DNA of 64,000 nt, from the NCBI GenBank assembly GCA_045660745.1, contig JAZREJ010000014.1:10342-74341 (forward strand). Reading direction: 5' to 3'. Position 1 is the stretch's first letter. Each line of letters opens with the position of its first letter. The position numbers and the translations under genes were made by a program. This document shows positions 63,585-64,000 of the stretch, one piece after another. The notes below the pieces were generated by a model. That model searched no databases and was not told where the DNA came from. It saw only the letters and a list, made by a program, of their open reading frames with translations. Origin of the DNA: Eubacteriales bacterium (GTDB lineage Bacteria; Bacillota; Clostridia; Oscillospirales; SIG627).

Positions 63585-64000
63585 ATGAAAAAGAATAAAA
63601 CGGAAATTTCGTCGGCAGTTATACGCCGTCTGCCCCGATATTACAGATATCTCACCGAGCTTGAGAAAATGGGGCTTACAAAGATATCATCAGCTGATTT
63701 GTCACGAAAAATCCATGTGACCGCCTCTCAGATACGCCAGGACCTAAACTGCTTCGGGGATTTCGGACAACAGGGATACGGATATAACATAAAGACCCTC
63801 AGAGAAAGCATCGCAGATATTCTCGGAATAAGAGAGAAAAACCGTGCCGTAATAATCGGTGTAGGACATCTCGGAAGCGCCATTGCCAACCACACAACCC
63901 TTGATAAATGCGGCGTGGAGCTTGCCGGACTTTTCGATGTATCGCTCGATGTACTCGGCAAGACCATTGCGGGCCACGTCGTGCAGAATATACGCGATGT
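63585..64000 (+). CDS. rex: redox-sensing transcriptional repressor Rex (5' part; runs off the right edge)
   Basis: Not in the track (no stop in window). MKKNKTEISSAVIRRLPRYYRYLTELEKMGLTKISSADLS...QIRQDLNCFGDFGQQGYGYNI...AVIIGVGHLGSAIAN. AAGGA lies 7 nt upstream. An alternative ATG is at 63579. Confidence 0.9.
   Translation, partial: MKKNKTEISSAVIRRLPRYYRYLTELEKMGLTKISSADLSRKIHVTASQIRQDLNCFGDFGQQGYGYNIKTLRESIADILGIREKNRAVIIGVGHLGSAIANHTTLDKCGVELAGLFDVSLDVLGKTIAGHVVQNIRD

Overview
This 64-kb window looks like a chromosomal segment of an endospore-forming Firmicute, probably Clostridia-like; that assignment is inferred from spoIIE, dpaA/dpaB, gene order and Gram-positive style promoters and RBSs. 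I could not run any search, so every product call rests on motifs I recognise in the supplied translations. I count about 60 protein genes, 3 tRNAs (Gly-TCC, Arg-TCT, His-GTG; one minus-strand operon) and no rRNA. I see no CRISPR array and no recognisable transposase, integrase or phage gene. Most of the window is core housekeeping in long, often translationally coupled operons: rimP; pheST; radical-SAM/trmH/dprA/topA/trmFO/plsX/rnc; smc/ftsY/rdgB/yhbY/nadD/yqeK/LCP/rsfS/leuS; rpsU; asd; rny/ymdB; galU/dCMP deaminase/rimI/tsaD; rex. Accessory-looking stretches: (1) a YdjI/YdjG/YdjH-like SPFH + zinc-ribbon + TPM membrane module (17.0-20.2 kb), close to a classical NfeD-SPFH pair (8.1-9.5 kb). 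(2) A four-gene operon of an E2/CAT-fold acyltransferase-like protein, an acyl-AMP ligase, a spermidine-synthase-fold protein and an EamA exporter (11.2-15.7 kb). (3) A six-gene coupled operon mixing a BspA-type LRR protein, an FAD oxidoreductase, CcdA, TlpA, a rhamnosidase-like protein and GDPD (22.4-28.2 kb). (4) Three tandem, independently transcribed, near-identical orphan solute-binding lipoproteins (49.8-54.6 kb). Non-coding items worth a look:
- an 81-bp perfect direct repeat carrying the 3' end of tRNA-His
- a DnaA-box-like cluster after tsaD
- a spoIIE promoter with a 21-bp spacer
- a terminator inside the rimP leader
- an nfeD gene with no canonical start codon
- an 18-bp coding tandem repeat in the LCP gene
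I did not find a clear defence or mobile system. The candidate novel systems above are poorly characterised operons, not proven new biology.
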